Source: an uncultured bacterium (GTDB lineage: Bacteria; Acidobacteriota; HRBIN11; JAKEFK01). Taken from it: DNA of 64,000 nucleotides. Where the stretch lies: positions 160,001-224,000 of the forward strand of contig CAVZQN010000008.1 in the NCBI GenBank assembly GCA_963777505.1, written 5' to 3'. The notes beneath the pieces were generated by a model. It had not been told where the DNA came from and did no database searches. It saw only the letters and a list, made by a program, of their open reading frames with translations. The position numbers were made by a program, and so were the translations under genes. Of this stretch, positions 42,098-51,995 are shown piece by piece. The first letter of the stretch is position 1, and each line of letters starts with the position of its first letter.

Positions 42098-43606
42098 TTA
42101 TTCGGGCATATCTGCAATATGTGATGCGATATACCAGGTATTGCCGAACGCATCTTTAACACTGGCTACCCTATCACCATAAGGCTGATCCTGGGGTGCT
42201 TGCATTGAGATTCCGCCTGCTTTAACCGCGCGATCATAGAGACTGTCAACATCTTCTACATACATGTAAATTGTCGCGGGGCTTTCATGCTCAAGGGATT
42301 CCATTCCACCGATCATCACCATGGATGAACCGATTCGAACTTCTGCATGCAGACCACCTGCTGAACCGGTCGTTCTGAAAGTTTCGGTTGCTCCAAAGGC
42401 TTCTTTTACAAACTCAAGAAGTTGTTCTGCTTTTTTCACACAAAGATACGGAGTGACAGTCTGGTAACCTTTCGGAATCGGGCTCACTTTCTTTTCAGGA
42501 GCTGCACCTTGAGTATCCGATATATGTGTTGCGATATACCAATGGTTCCCAAATGGATCTTTCACGCTTGCTTCACGATCACCATAAAACATATTTTCCG
42601 GCTTTCTCAGTGAAGTCGCACCTGCGTCAATTGCTTTTGAATAGAATGCGTCGGCATCAGGCACATACAAATGAATTGCAGCGGGCATAGGTTGAAATTC
42701 ACCATGAGCTTCACCCATTTCGATCACAGAATCCCCGATTCTTATTGAGGCGTGCATGATAATTCCTTCCGGTGAAGCGTGACGGCCGAGCTCTTCGGCA
42801 TCAAAAGCTGTTTTCAAAAAATCAAGGAGCTGCGCTGCGCCGCGTGGATGCAAGTAAGGAGTAATGCTGCGCATTCCTTGAGGAATGTAGTGAACAGTGG
42901 GTTTTGGTTCCAAAGATTGTGCATCAGGTCCTTTAACTATTTCGTCGAAGCGCTTTTGCATTTCATCCGGTGCAACGTCTTCAATGTGAGCAGAAATATG
43001 CCAGACATGGCCGAATGGATCCTGAATCTTTCCAGAGCGATCACCATAGAATTGATCTTGCACAGGCATCAATATACGTGCGCCTGCATTCACGGCACGT
43101 TCCGCAAAGGTATCCGCATCTTCCACATAAAGATGAATACTGACTGGAGACTGACCTGTTGTTTGAGGCCCAAGAATTCCATATTCAGGATACTCATCGG
43201 CAAGCATGATTGGAGCGTCGCCGATTTTAAGTTCAGCATGTCCGATCCTGCCATCAGGTTCTTGTAATCTAAAAAGTTCATTTGCACCGAGCGCCTCTTT
43301 GTAGAATTCGATCGCGCGTGCTGCATTTTTAACGACAAGGTAAGGAGTTACGGCAATTGTTTCAGGGATCATAGATTTTCCTCGTTTGATTTCAATTTGT
43401 CCCGGCTCAGACATTCTTTTTGCCTGATGAGCTAATCGCATCTTGAGTTGTGATCGAAAACTTTCGCTCGGCATATGACGAAGATCTGTTGCAAGTTGGA
43501 GTAATGGGCCCAAATCAGGATCTACTGATGCCGAAAAAGCATTTAGATCGGACAAAATTATCTCAAGCTCTTCATTGAGTTGATCGATTTGACTTCGTTT
43601 AGCCAT
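42098..43606 (-). CDS. Triple VOC/glyoxalase (PhnB-like) domain protein with an N-terminal helical extension
   Basis: Three 'TPYL...HA...IG....D.FYGDR...V.DPFGN.W' units after an ~80-aa extension. Confidence 0.88.
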   Translation of the reverse strand: MAKRSQIDQLNEELEIILSDLNAFSASVDPDLGPLLQLATDLRHMPSESFRSQLKMRLAHQAKRMSEPGQIEIKRGKSMIPETIAVTPYLVVKNAARAIEFYKEALGANELFRLQEPDGRIGHAELKIGDAPIMLADEYPEYGILGPQTTGQSPVSIHLYVEDADTFAERAVNAGARILMPVQDQFYGDRSGKIQDPFGHVWHISAHIEDVAPDEMQKRFDEIVKGPDAQSLEPKPTVHYIPQGMRSITPYLHPRGAAQLLDFLKTAFDAEELGRHASPEGIIMHASIRIGDSVIEMGEAHGEFQPMPAAIHLYVPDADAFYSKAIDAGATSLRKPENMFYGDREASVKDPFGNHWYIATHISDTQGAAPEKKVSPIPKGYQTVTPYLCVKKAEQLLEFVKEAFGATETFRTTGSAGGLHAEVRIGSSMVMIGGMESLEHESPATIYMYVEDVDSLYDRAVKAGGISMQAPQDQPYGDRVASVKDAFGNTWYIASHIADMPE

Positions 43607-44135
43607 TTGCTTCACCCATACGAGCTCGTAAATTTTGCAATGCCCGGAACTGAAGTTGTTTTATTGCGCCTTCTGTACGTTTCATTTCTTCTGCGATTTC
43701 ACGAATTGATTTTTGCTCTCCAAAACGCAAAACAATTACGCGGCGCTGATCAACCGGAAGGCTGTTTACAGACTGAAACAGATGAGCATGGTTTGCGCCT
43801 TGATCAAAATCGATTTCATTGGACTCTTCAGGAGTTGGAATGTCACGAAATCTTGCTGCCCGCCTGGAATGATCCACAATTGCATTGGATGCAATTCGAA
43901 GCAGCCATGACACGAACGGCACGCCGCGCCATTCATACTGTTTCAGATTTGCAAGCGCCTGATGGAAAACATCTGCCGTGAGATCTTGAGCTTCAAACCG
44001 GTCGCGCACACGACTGGCTATAAAGGCATAGACACGGTTGAAATTGTTCTCATAAAGTTCCGCAAATTGGCTCGGATCCTTTTGCGCAGCCTCAATGAGA
44101 ACTCGTTCGTCTGCTTGCATTTCAGGAGCCTTCAA
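43599..44135 (-). CDS. ECF-type RNA polymerase sigma factor
   Basis: Sigma2 'AQDLTADVF...WLLRIASN' and sigma4 'SIREIA....TEGAIK..QFRAL'. Confidence 0.92.
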   Translation of the reverse strand: MKAPEMQADERVLIEAAQKDPSQFAELYENNFNRVYAFIASRVRDRFEAQDLTADVFHQALANLKQYEWRGVPFVSWLLRIASNAIVDHSRRAARFRDIPTPEESNEIDFDQGANHAHLFQSVNSLPVDQRRVIVLRFGEQKSIREIAEEMKRTEGAIKQLQFRALQNLRARMGEANG

Positions 44136-44225
44136 TCAGGGCCTCCGACGTAAGTGTTCAAATAAGAAAACGTGCGGAATGATGAAAGGTTACGCCTTTA
44201 AAAAAAGGATTATTGGATTGATGGA

Positions 44226-44525
44226 TTATTGGGTTCGCGGAAGTCCGTCTACGACAATCATGTTTGTCTTTGCGCTTTTATGACGCAATAGCCGGGCTGG
44301 AGCATATTCAGAACAATTGAGCCATTCTTTAGCACGGGCGACACTTTCGAATTCTACGATAACAACCCGTTTTGGAATCCAATCTCCTTCCAAAACTTCA
44401 GCCGTGCCACCGCGCGTAAGATACCTGCCTCCATATTGAGCTATGGAATCAGGCACAAGCTTCTTGTACTCTTCGTAAGCTTCATGATCCTTTATGTCGA
44501 CTTCTACAATTATGTAAGCTGGCAT
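44226..44525 (-). CDS. DUF1330 family protein
   Basis: YGGRYL.RGG, LEG.W, EF.S...A..W....EY. Confidence 0.9.
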   Translation of the reverse strand: MPAYIIVEVDIKDHEAYEEYKKLVPDSIAQYGGRYLTRGGTAEVLEGDWIPKRVVIVEFESVARAKEWLNCSEYAPARLLRHKSAKTNMIVVDGLPRTQ

Positions 44526-44534
44526 TGTTTTATT

Positions 44535-45476
44535 TTACCTCAGAGTCGCAAAGTTCCAAATTTCCGAAAGAGGGGCTACGACAGAAAGCTGTTTTCCTGT
44601 GAAAGGATGTAAAAATGAAATGGAATATGCGTGAAGGCCGAAGAAATTGGCGTTTTTGAGGTTTGCTCGCAGTGCAGTGTCATGAATTCGGGTCCAATTT
44701 CCACCGCCATATTTTGTATCCCCTACGATTGGATGATTTTCTGAAAAAAGATGAACGCGAATTTGATGTGTACGTCCGGTTAAAATTTGAACATCAAGGA
44801 GCGCTCCAAAATCATATTGTTTTAAAACGCTATACGTTGTCAGAGCCGTTCTCGATCGCCTGGCGCGAACCGAAATTTTTTGCCGGTTCTGCGGATCGCG
44901 TCCTAGAGCGCGATCAATTTTTCCCTCTTTTCGTTCAAAGCGGCCATAGGCTAATGCCCTGTAATGCTTTTCAACAGTCCGTTCTTTAAACAATGCGGAT
45001 AGCTTGTGATATGCCGATACTGTTTTTGCAAAAAGGATCACACCTGATGTTTCTTTATCCAACCGGTGTACGACTCCTGGTCTGACAGGATGACCAATGC
45101 CTGCAATTTCAGGGCGTAATGCAATCATCGCATTTGCCAGAGTTTGTTCGCGATTTCCTGCACCAGGATGCGTGACCACGTTTGGCGGCTTATTCACGGC
45201 AATCAGATACTCATCTTCATACAAAATCTCCAGTGGAAACGACCATGGGCGTAATTCATTACGTTCAGCAGGCACATCAGCAATCTCGATTTCTATCGCA
45301 TCGAAAGCGCGGACATGGTAAGAGGGACGTGAAGATTTTCCGTTGACCTTCACTGTACCTGATTGAATCATTTTCTGAATTGAAACACGGCTATCGAGCG
45401 AAAGTTTCCGAACGAGATACAGATCGAGACGCTCACCGGCATCTTCGGAAGAAACGTTAAGCAAACGAGAGGTCAT
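44535..45476 (-). CDS. rluD: RluA/RluD-family 23S rRNA pseudouridine synthase with S4 domain
   Basis: RLD, VNKP, VHRLDKETSG, TGRTHQIRVH. Confidence 0.9.
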   Translation of the reverse strand: MTSRLLNVSSEDAGERLDLYLVRKLSLDSRVSIQKMIQSGTVKVNGKSSRPSYHVRAFDAIEIEIADVPAERNELRPWSFPLEILYEDEYLIAVNKPPNVVTHPGAGNREQTLANAMIALRPEIAGIGHPVRPGVVHRLDKETSGVILFAKTVSAYHKLSALFKERTVEKHYRALAYGRFERKEGKIDRALGRDPQNRQKISVRARRSRTALTTYSVLKQYDFGALLDVQILTGRTHQIRVHLFSENHPIVGDTKYGGGNWTRIHDTALRANLKNANFFGLHAYSISFLHPFTGKQLSVVAPLSEIWNFATLR

Positions 45477-46272
45477 TTTGCCGAAGCAGCTTCTGCTGTG
45501 TGAGATCTACTTCGTATGAACAACACAATCAGTGAAGCGGCGAACACGATCAAACTGATGAACTGAGAAGTTGAAAGCATGCCGTTGAATACTGTTCCGC
45601 GCGGATCACCACGGAAGAACTCAACAGAAAAACGCAGGATGGAATAAAGAAGCAAGTATAAAAAGAATTGTTGACCTTCAAAACGGCGCCTGGAATATGT
45701 CAACCTGAGAATCAAAAAGATCACCAGCATTCCTGTGCCTCATATAGTTGAGTTGCATGTAGGGAAATATTAAGCGGAGTGCCTACCTGTTCCGCTGCAT
45801 CACGATTTGTAAATGTAACTCCTAGCGGAAAACCAGTTGGACATTCCTTACCCCAGCAGCATCCTGCGAAAAAGCATCCGATCCTTCCGAACATCTGACC
45901 AATTGAGAGTCCCATTGAAAGAGCATCGGCTGTACCCCAAAAACTCATATGATGTCTTCGGACGTACCAGATAGTCACAAGCACTGCCATGAGAAAGCCG
46001 CCATAATACACACCGCCCACTTGATAAATATTGAGCAAGCGGCCCCAATCCTGTTTGTAATAATCCAGGTCAACGAGTATGTGAAGAAGTTTTGCACCAA
46101 TGAGAGCTGAAATAAAAATGTAGATTACAACATCCACAATTCGAGAAGGCTCGAGGCCGTCTTTCTTTCCGTAGTAGGATGCGACTCGCAAGCCAACCAG
46201 AAATGCAATTGCGAGCATCAAGCCATAGGAATGTAATGTTATGGGTCCGATATCAAGTATGTTTGGAAACAT
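45473..46272 (-). CDS. lgt: Prolipoprotein diacylglyceryl transferase, one frameshift at ~45735
   Basis: YGL, GG.YYGG, GRIGCFFAGCC, HATQLYE, then shifted frame RFSVEFFRGD. Confidence 0.9.
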
Positions 46273-46282
46273 TTAAGAAGCG

Positions 46283-47158
46283 CTAAGAGAAGACGATTTT
46301 CGGTTGGAGACGTTGTGTTTCACCAGTTATTTCAACATGAGCCAGAGCCAGCAATGATTTTTGTTCGCTGAAAACTCGCACCCACTCATTGTCGAAACTC
46401 TGCGGAACGCTGATGGCTGATCCGCTACTGATCTTTTTTTCAAGTTCGTGATTAATAATCACTTCTGGATAATCTGTAAGCATCCGCTCAATTGGAATAA
46501 AGGATGCTTGAATTTTATCCGTGCCCAAATCAGGCGCAATACATTGTTCCATTGTAAAGTTGCCGAAACGAGTCCGTGTTAATTCCTGAACATGAGCACC
46601 ACACCGGAGGCGCATTCCAAGATCTCGCGCTATTGCCCGCACGTACGTTCCGCTTGAACAATGAATATAAATTGTAGCCAGATCTTTTTCAAAATGGATC
46701 AAAGTAATTTCATGAATCGTTACTTTTTGTGTCGGTAAATTCGGTTTAAGACCACGGCGAGCAAGTTTATGCGCGGGTTTACCTTTAATCTTTTTTGCAG
46801 AATAAATCGGTGGCTTTTGTTCGTATTCACCCTGAAACGAAGACAACACACGTTTTAGTTGGTCCGCTGAAAAATCTACTTTACGATATGGACCTTCCTG
46901 TTCACCTTCGCGATCATCGGTAACAGTAAAAAATCCAAAACGGATAGCAGTGATGTAACACTTATCTGCACGCATGTAAAACGGAGTTAATCGCGTGGCT
47001 TTCCCCATACAGACTGGAAATACTCCAGTTGCCATAGGATCGAGCGTGCCAAGATGTCCAGCTTTTGTTGCTTTTACGCGATTCTTCACAGCTTGAACGA
47101 CAGTATGGGAAGTTTCGCCTTCAGGCTTGTTAATTAGAATCAGACCATCCCAGTTCAT
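46283..47158 (-). CDS. truB: tRNA pseudouridine(55) synthase
   Basis: GHLGTLDP, PPIYSA, CSSGTYVR. Confidence 0.95.
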   Translation of the reverse strand: MNWDGLILINKPEGETSHTVVQAVKNRVKATKAGHLGTLDPMATGVFPVCMGKATRLTPFYMRADKCYITAIRFGFFTVTDDREGEQEGPYRKVDFSADQLKRVLSSFQGEYEQKPPIYSAKKIKGKPAHKLARRGLKPNLPTQKVTIHEITLIHFEKDLATIYIHCSSGTYVRAIARDLGMRLRCGAHVQELTRTRFGNFTMEQCIAPDLGTDKIQASFIPIERMLTDYPEVIINHELEKKISSGSAISVPQSFDNEWVRVFSEQKSLLALAHVEITGETQRLQPKIVFS

Positions 47159-47508
47159 TCTTCGGAATCTTCCCGCTTAACCGATTTGAGAATTTCTTCT
47201 ATGTGTTGGGAGTATTCTGCTCCAGAATCATAAAAGAAGACTAATTCTGGCACATGTTTCAGATGGACTCGGCCGAGTTCATGTCTGATAAATCCTGATG
47301 CTGAATTCAGAGCTTTTATACAATCCTCACGCTGGTGCGGATCACCAATTACACTAATATAGACCTTAGCGTGCCTATAGTCTCTGCTTAATACTACATC
47401 AGTCACGCTGCACAAAGACAATCGAGGATCCTGCATCTTATTAAAAAGAATTGTGGATATTTCGTGTTTCAGTAAATCAGCGAGGCGTTCAACTCTTCTA
47501 TTCACCAT
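47155..47508 (-). CDS. rbfA: Ribosome-binding factor A
   Basis: DPRL, LS.D...AKVY, GFIR, PEL.F..D; position between infB and truB. Confidence 0.95.
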   Translation of the reverse strand: MVNRRVERLADLLKHEISTILFNKMQDPRLSLCSVTDVVLSRDYRHAKVYISVIGDPHQREDCIKALNSASGFIRHELGRVHLKHVPELVFFYDSGAEYSQHIEEILKSVKREDSEE

Positions 47509-47533
47509 AAAAACACTGCTTGTCAGCGAAGAG

Positions 47534-49933
47534 CTATGTCAGTTGGCGGGCTACTTTTTCAACTGTGAAAGCTTCGATAACATCTTCAGCTTTAATATCG
47601 TTGAAATTTTCGATTCCCACGCCGCACTCAAAACCTTCTTTTACTTCACTCGCATCGTCCTTAAATCGTTTCAATGAGCTGATTTTGCCTTCGAGTATTA
47701 CAACATGATCACGAACGAGACGGATGCTTGCATTACGTGCTATTTTTCCAGAAGTTACATAACATCCTGCGATCATTCCAACTTTAGGAATGCGAAATGT
47801 ATCGCGAACCTGGGCGCTTCCAAGAAATACTTCTTTGATAGTAGGCCGTAACAAACCTTCAAGTGCACTTTTTATTTCCGCTGTAATGTTATAAATGATT
47901 GTATGCGTACGGACATCAACTTTTTCTTTTTCCGAAAGTTCGCGAGCTTTAGGTTCAGGCCGAACGTTGTATCCAATAACGATGGCATTCGATGCTGAAG
48001 CAAGAAGAACGTCACTTTCAGTAATTGCACCAGTGCCACTGTGAATGATGCGGATCTTGACTTCTTCAGTTCCAATTTTAGTGAGGGATTCGCTTAATAC
48101 TTCCAATGATCCTTGAACATCTGTTTTAATAATGATCGGAAGTTCGCGGATTTCACCTTGTTGAATCTTACTAAATAGCTGTTCAAGTGAAAGACGCGAA
48201 GAGGATTGCGTCGCCATTTCTCTGGCTTTCGTTTGCCGGAAAGCTACAATACTTCGGGCTTTGAATTCGTCTTTAAATACCTGATACGAATCACCGGCTT
48301 GAGGAACACCCTGGAAACCAAGTACTTCCACGGGTTGCCCGGGCAGAGCATCTTTTAGTTTGTTGCCAAGATCATCAAACATCGCTCGAACTCGTCCCAT
48401 GACTGAACCTGCAACAAACACATCGCTGACGTGAAGTGTGCCATTTTGCACAAGTACAGTTGCAATCGGTCCACGAGATTTATCAAGTCGCGCTTCAAGA
48501 ATTGTTCCGGTAGCAAGACGTTCTGGTGTTGCTTTCAGCTCTAAAATGTCAGCAACAAGAAGAATCATGTCCAGCAAAGTATTAATATTCGTTTTCTTAC
48601 GTGCCGAAATTTCAACACAGACCGTATCTCCGCCATATTCTTCAATCAAAATTTCATGCTGGGAAAGTTGCTGCTTAATGCGGTCAGGATTTGCCTCAGG
48701 TTTGTCCATTTTATTGATGGCGACAACAATGGGAACCTTCGCTGCCTTTGCGTGATCAATGGCTTCCATAGTCTGAGGCATCACACCATCATCTGCAGCG
48801 ACAACAAGTACAACAATGTCTGTTACCAGTGCGCCGCGGGCACGCATCCGTGTAAATGCTTCATGACCCGGCGTATCGATAAACGTGATTGCTCTTCGAT
48901 TAACTCTTACTGAATACGCGCCAATGTGTTGTGTAATTCCACCGAATTCTCCGCCTGCAATATTCGATTCGCGAATTGCATCTAGAAGTGACGTTTTTCC
49001 GTGATCTACGTGACCCATAATCGTGACAACAGGCGGGCGAATGACCAAGTTAGACTCTAGTTCTTCACCCTCTTGTTCACGGGCTACAACTTCTTCATAC
49101 GTTTTTACTTCAATATCAAAACCAAACTCACCAGCAAGCTGTTCGGCTAACTTTAGACCGATACTTTGATTCAGGTTCGCCAAAATTCCACGGTCTAATA
49201 ATTTCTTAAGCAAAACCTTCGACATTACATTCAGTTTTATTGCAAGATCTTTTACCGCAATATTTTCGCTAACCTGAATGCGCGGACGTGCCGGAGCTTC
49301 CGGTACAGCAACTGCCACAGGAGGCGCTTCAGCAATCTCAGCTTCAGGTGCTGTCATACGATCAAGCTCTTCCTCACTAATAGAAGGTTCCGCAATGACT
49401 GGAGCTTCAGTTTCTTGCCGGTCGGGCTCCGCTACTGCCACTGCAGTATCAGCATGCACCTTCGGCCGCTGAGGCTGAGTAACAGTTTTTCTCTTCGCCT
49501 TAGGATCTTCTTTCTCTTTTGCGGCTTCTTTCAGTTTGGGTTCCGTTTTCGCTTTATGCTCCACCACTTTCGGCTTGTGATCGGTTTTATGTTCTGTTTT
49601 GGGCTCTGGTTTGGGTTCCGTCTTGTGTTCTGGTTTGTGAGCCGTTTTATGTTCTGGCTTGTGATCGGTTTTGTGTTCTACCTTGTGCGGAGTCTTATGC
49701 TCCGTCTTATGTGCTGTCTCCGTTTTGGGTGTTGTCTTATGTTCTGTTTTTGATTCAGGAGGATGAGCACTTTTCTTGTGGGCCGAAAGACGTTGCTTGA
49801 TTTTTGGAACAAGAGATTCATCAATAGAACTCGTATGCGACTTTACTTCGACACCAAGTTCCACAAGAACTTCCAGGATTTCGTGACTGGTCTTGTCCAA
49901 ATCTTTAGCTACTTGATGGATTCGTACCTTCAT
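47534..49933 (-). CDS. infB: Translation initiation factor IF-2
   Basis: GHVDHGKT, DTPGH, NKMD; IF2 N-terminal domain. Confidence 0.98.
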   Translation of the reverse strand: MKVRIHQVAKDLDKTSHEILEVLVELGVEVKSHTSSIDESLVPKIKQRLSAHKKSAHPPESKTEHKTTPKTETAHKTEHKTPHKVEHKTDHKPEHKTAHKPEHKTEPKPEPKTEHKTDHKPKVVEHKAKTEPKLKEAAKEKEDPKAKRKTVTQPQRPKVHADTAVAVAEPDRQETEAPVIAEPSISEEELDRMTAPEAEIAEAPPVAVAVPEAPARPRIQVSENIAVKDLAIKLNVMSKVLLKKLLDRGILANLNQSIGLKLAEQLAGEFGFDIEVKTYEEVVAREQEGEELESNLVIRPPVVTIMGHVDHGKTSLLDAIRESNIAGGEFGGITQHIGAYSVRVNRRAITFIDTPGHEAFTRMRARGALVTDIVVLVVAADDGVMPQTMEAIDHAKAAKVPIVVAINKMDKPEANPDRIKQQLSQHEILIEEYGGDTVCVEISARKKTNINTLLDMILLVADILELKATPERLATGTILEARLDKSRGPIATVLVQNGTLHVSDVFVAGSVMGRVRAMFDDLGNKLKDALPGQPVEVLGFQGVPQAGDSYQVFKDEFKARSIVAFRQTKAREMATQSSSRLSLEQLFSKIQQGEIRELPIIIKTDVQGSLEVLSESLTKIGTEEVKIRIIHSGTGAITESDVLLASASNAIVIGYNVRPEPKARELSEKEKVDVRTHTIIYNITAEIKSALEGLLRPTIKEVFLGSAQVRDTFRIPKVGMIAGCYVTSGKIARNASIRLVRDHVVILEGKISSLKRFKDDASEVKEGFECGVGIENFNDIKAEDVIEAFTVEKVARQLT
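49560..49760 (-). repeat. Degenerate 12-nt coding repeat (HKTE/HKPE/HKTP tetrapeptides) in the IF-2 linker
   Basis: KTEHKTTPKTETAHKTEHKTPHKVEHKTDHKPEHKTAHKPEHKTEPKPEPKTEHKTDHK. Confidence 0.8.
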
Positions 49934-49956
49934 TTATTAACTTCCAATAAGTTCAG

Positions 49957-51222
49957 TTATCTGGCAAATTCGGGTTCAACGAAATGTCGTATCTCCTGAA
50001 ATAGCTTTTCCGCCATTTCAGGTTCCAACGAAGAGATTTCACTAGAAGATTGCATTTTTTTAAGCTTGGCAAAAGAGTTAAATCCTGCAGAATTCAAAGC
50101 TTCAATGGCTTTTTCCCCAAAATCGGGATCCGATTGTATTTTCGTGCGAAAAGATTCAAAACGCACAGACAACTGTTCATCGTCTCGTTTCTTCTCATCA
50201 ATACTCTTGATGTCTATTTTCCATGTTGTTAGTTTGGATGCCAGACGCACGTTTTGGCCTTTCTTGCCAATTGCCAGGGAAAGTTGATCATTTTCTACAA
50301 CAATTTCCAGGCGTTTCTCTTTCTCATCCATGAAGCTTACCTGTTGAACACGGGCAGGCTTCAAAGCATTTGATGCAAGCTTTACGATGTCATCAGACCA
50401 TTCAATAATGTCGATCCGCTCGCCGTGCAGCTCATTGATTACAGATTGTACGCGAGTTCCTTTGATCCCGACACAAGCGCCTACTGGATCGATTGCTGAA
50501 TCTGAAGTAGCAACTGCAATTTTTGCACGATCGCCTGCTTCCCGAACAGCAGACTTAACTTCAATTGTCCCATCATAAATTTCAGGAACCTCAGCTTCAA
50601 AGAGCTTGATTAATAGCCTTGGATCGGTCCGTGAAAGCACAATTTGTGGATCATTAGAAAAGCGATGAACTTTTGCAATGACTGCCCGGATCCGGTCGCC
50701 GCGGGAATATTGTTCTACAGGAGACTGATACATTTTCGGCAGGATCGCTTCCGTCGCTCCAAGGTCGATAATCATATCGCCTTTCTCAAAATTCTTCACA
50801 ATGCCGTTTACAAGTTCACCCAAACGCCCGGTGTATTCATCATGAATTTTCTTTCGTTCTGCTTCCTTAACACGCTGAAAAATAATCTGCTTTGCAGTCT
50901 GCGCTTCAATGCGCCCTAACGGACGACTGGCTAACAATACATTCACAGAATCACCTGTGATAGCCTCCGGATTCACCTGGCGCGCACTTGAAATATCTGT
51001 TTGCGTTTCAGGATCTAATACAGAATCCACGACATGTTTCGTTCCAAACAAGTCGACTTGACCGGTCTCACGATTAAAACGGGCGGACAAATCCTCACGA
51101 TTTTTATAAAGCTTACGGGCTGCCGTTAAGATTGCATCTTCAATTGCATGCACAATCTCTTCAGGATCAATTCCTTTTTCCCGGCTCACCTGTTCAATTG
51201 TTGTAATTAATTCGCTGCTCAT
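49957..51222 (-). CDS. nusA: Transcription termination/antitermination factor NusA
   Basis: GRIEAQTAKQ, S1 domain, GACVG, SLAIGKKGQNVRLA. Confidence 0.97.
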   Translation of the reverse strand: MSSELITTIEQVSREKGIDPEEIVHAIEDAILTAARKLYKNREDLSARFNRETGQVDLFGTKHVVDSVLDPETQTDISSARQVNPEAITGDSVNVLLASRPLGRIEAQTAKQIIFQRVKEAERKKIHDEYTGRLGELVNGIVKNFEKGDMIIDLGATEAILPKMYQSPVEQYSRGDRIRAVIAKVHRFSNDPQIVLSRTDPRLLIKLFEAEVPEIYDGTIEVKSAVREAGDRAKIAVATSDSAIDPVGACVGIKGTRVQSVINELHGERIDIIEWSDDIVKLASNALKPARVQQVSFMDEKEKRLEIVVENDQLSLAIGKKGQNVRLASKLTTWKIDIKSIDEKKRDDEQLSVRFESFRTKIQSDPDFGEKAIEALNSAGFNSFAKLKKMQSSSEISSLEPEMAEKLFQEIRHFVEPEFAR

Positions 51223-51228
51223 TGATTT

Positions 51229-51714
51229 CTATTTCCGTTTTTTTTTACCTTTTCCAGGATGTGATGGCATCGGTACATCTTGCTGTGCTTTGCGTATTTG
51301 GCTGCGCTGAATATGAATATCCGAATCTTGTTGTTGAATCGTCACAGCATTACTATCTACATCCTTCAACAAGCCGATTGCATGCAAAATTTTTCCATCG
51401 ACTTCATAAGAAATCCGTACGGTCCGCCCTAAACTTTTCTGATAATCCTGATCGGTTTTGAAAGGACGATCCATGCCAGGCGAGCTAACCTCAAGTACAT
51501 ACGCTTCCCTTACTAGATCATTCACATCTAGAACTGCACTGAGCTGCCTGCTGACGTTTTCACAATCGTTTAAAGTCACACCACCATTCTTATCGATAAA
51601 TACGCGCAAAAGGCTCCGCGATTGCCCCGTTTTATACTCGAGATCCTTCAATTCCAGGCCTTCAGATTCAGCAATCTTGCGGGCGTGTTGCTCGATGTCA
51701 GACAAGGGTGGCAA
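51229..51714 (-). CDS. rimP: Ribosome maturation factor RimP
   Basis: LRVFID, DCE.VSR, YVLEVSSPG.DR; TTG start after GGAGG (51714 or 51720). Confidence 0.92.
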   Translation of the reverse strand: MPPLSDIEQHARKIAESEGLELKDLEYKTGQSRSLLRVFIDKNGGVTLNDCENVSRQLSAVLDVNDLVREAYVLEVSSPGMDRPFKTDQDYQKSLGRTVRISYEVDGKILHAIGLLKDVDSNAVTIQQQDSDIHIQRSQIRKAQQDVPMPSHPGKGKKKRK

Positions 51715-51732
51715 GGCCAAAAGTCCTCCAAG

Positions 51733-51763
51733 AAAAAATAAAAAGTGGGCATGTAGCCCACTC
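51733..51763 (-). terminator. rimP-leader-type hairpin/attenuator
   Basis: Minus strand GAGTGGGC-TACAT-GCCCACTTTTTATTTTTT directly upstream of rimP. Confidence 0.75.
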
Positions 51764-51951
51764 AAAAAAGATTATCTTTGAGAAATTAGAAGTATACGCC
51801 TTTTCCTTTAGATTGCCAAGTTGCGTTGGCAACGCCATCTGATTGCAAATCTAGGACAAAACGGCTTTGCAAACGCCAGTTTTAATGCATCTTCGTTTCC
51901 TTCTTTACCGGTTCAATATTGGTTCAAGACGATGATTTTTTCGCCTCGATC

Positions 51952-51967
51952 TGGCCGAACGCTTGCA
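51952..51967 (+). promoter_or_regulatory. Candidate sigma54 promoter of ssb
   Basis: TGGCCGAACGCTTGCA, GG-N10-GC, ~28 nt upstream of the ATG. Confidence 0.5.
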
Positions 51968-51995
51968 TAGTGCAAAGTTAGGAGGATTTCAAAGA

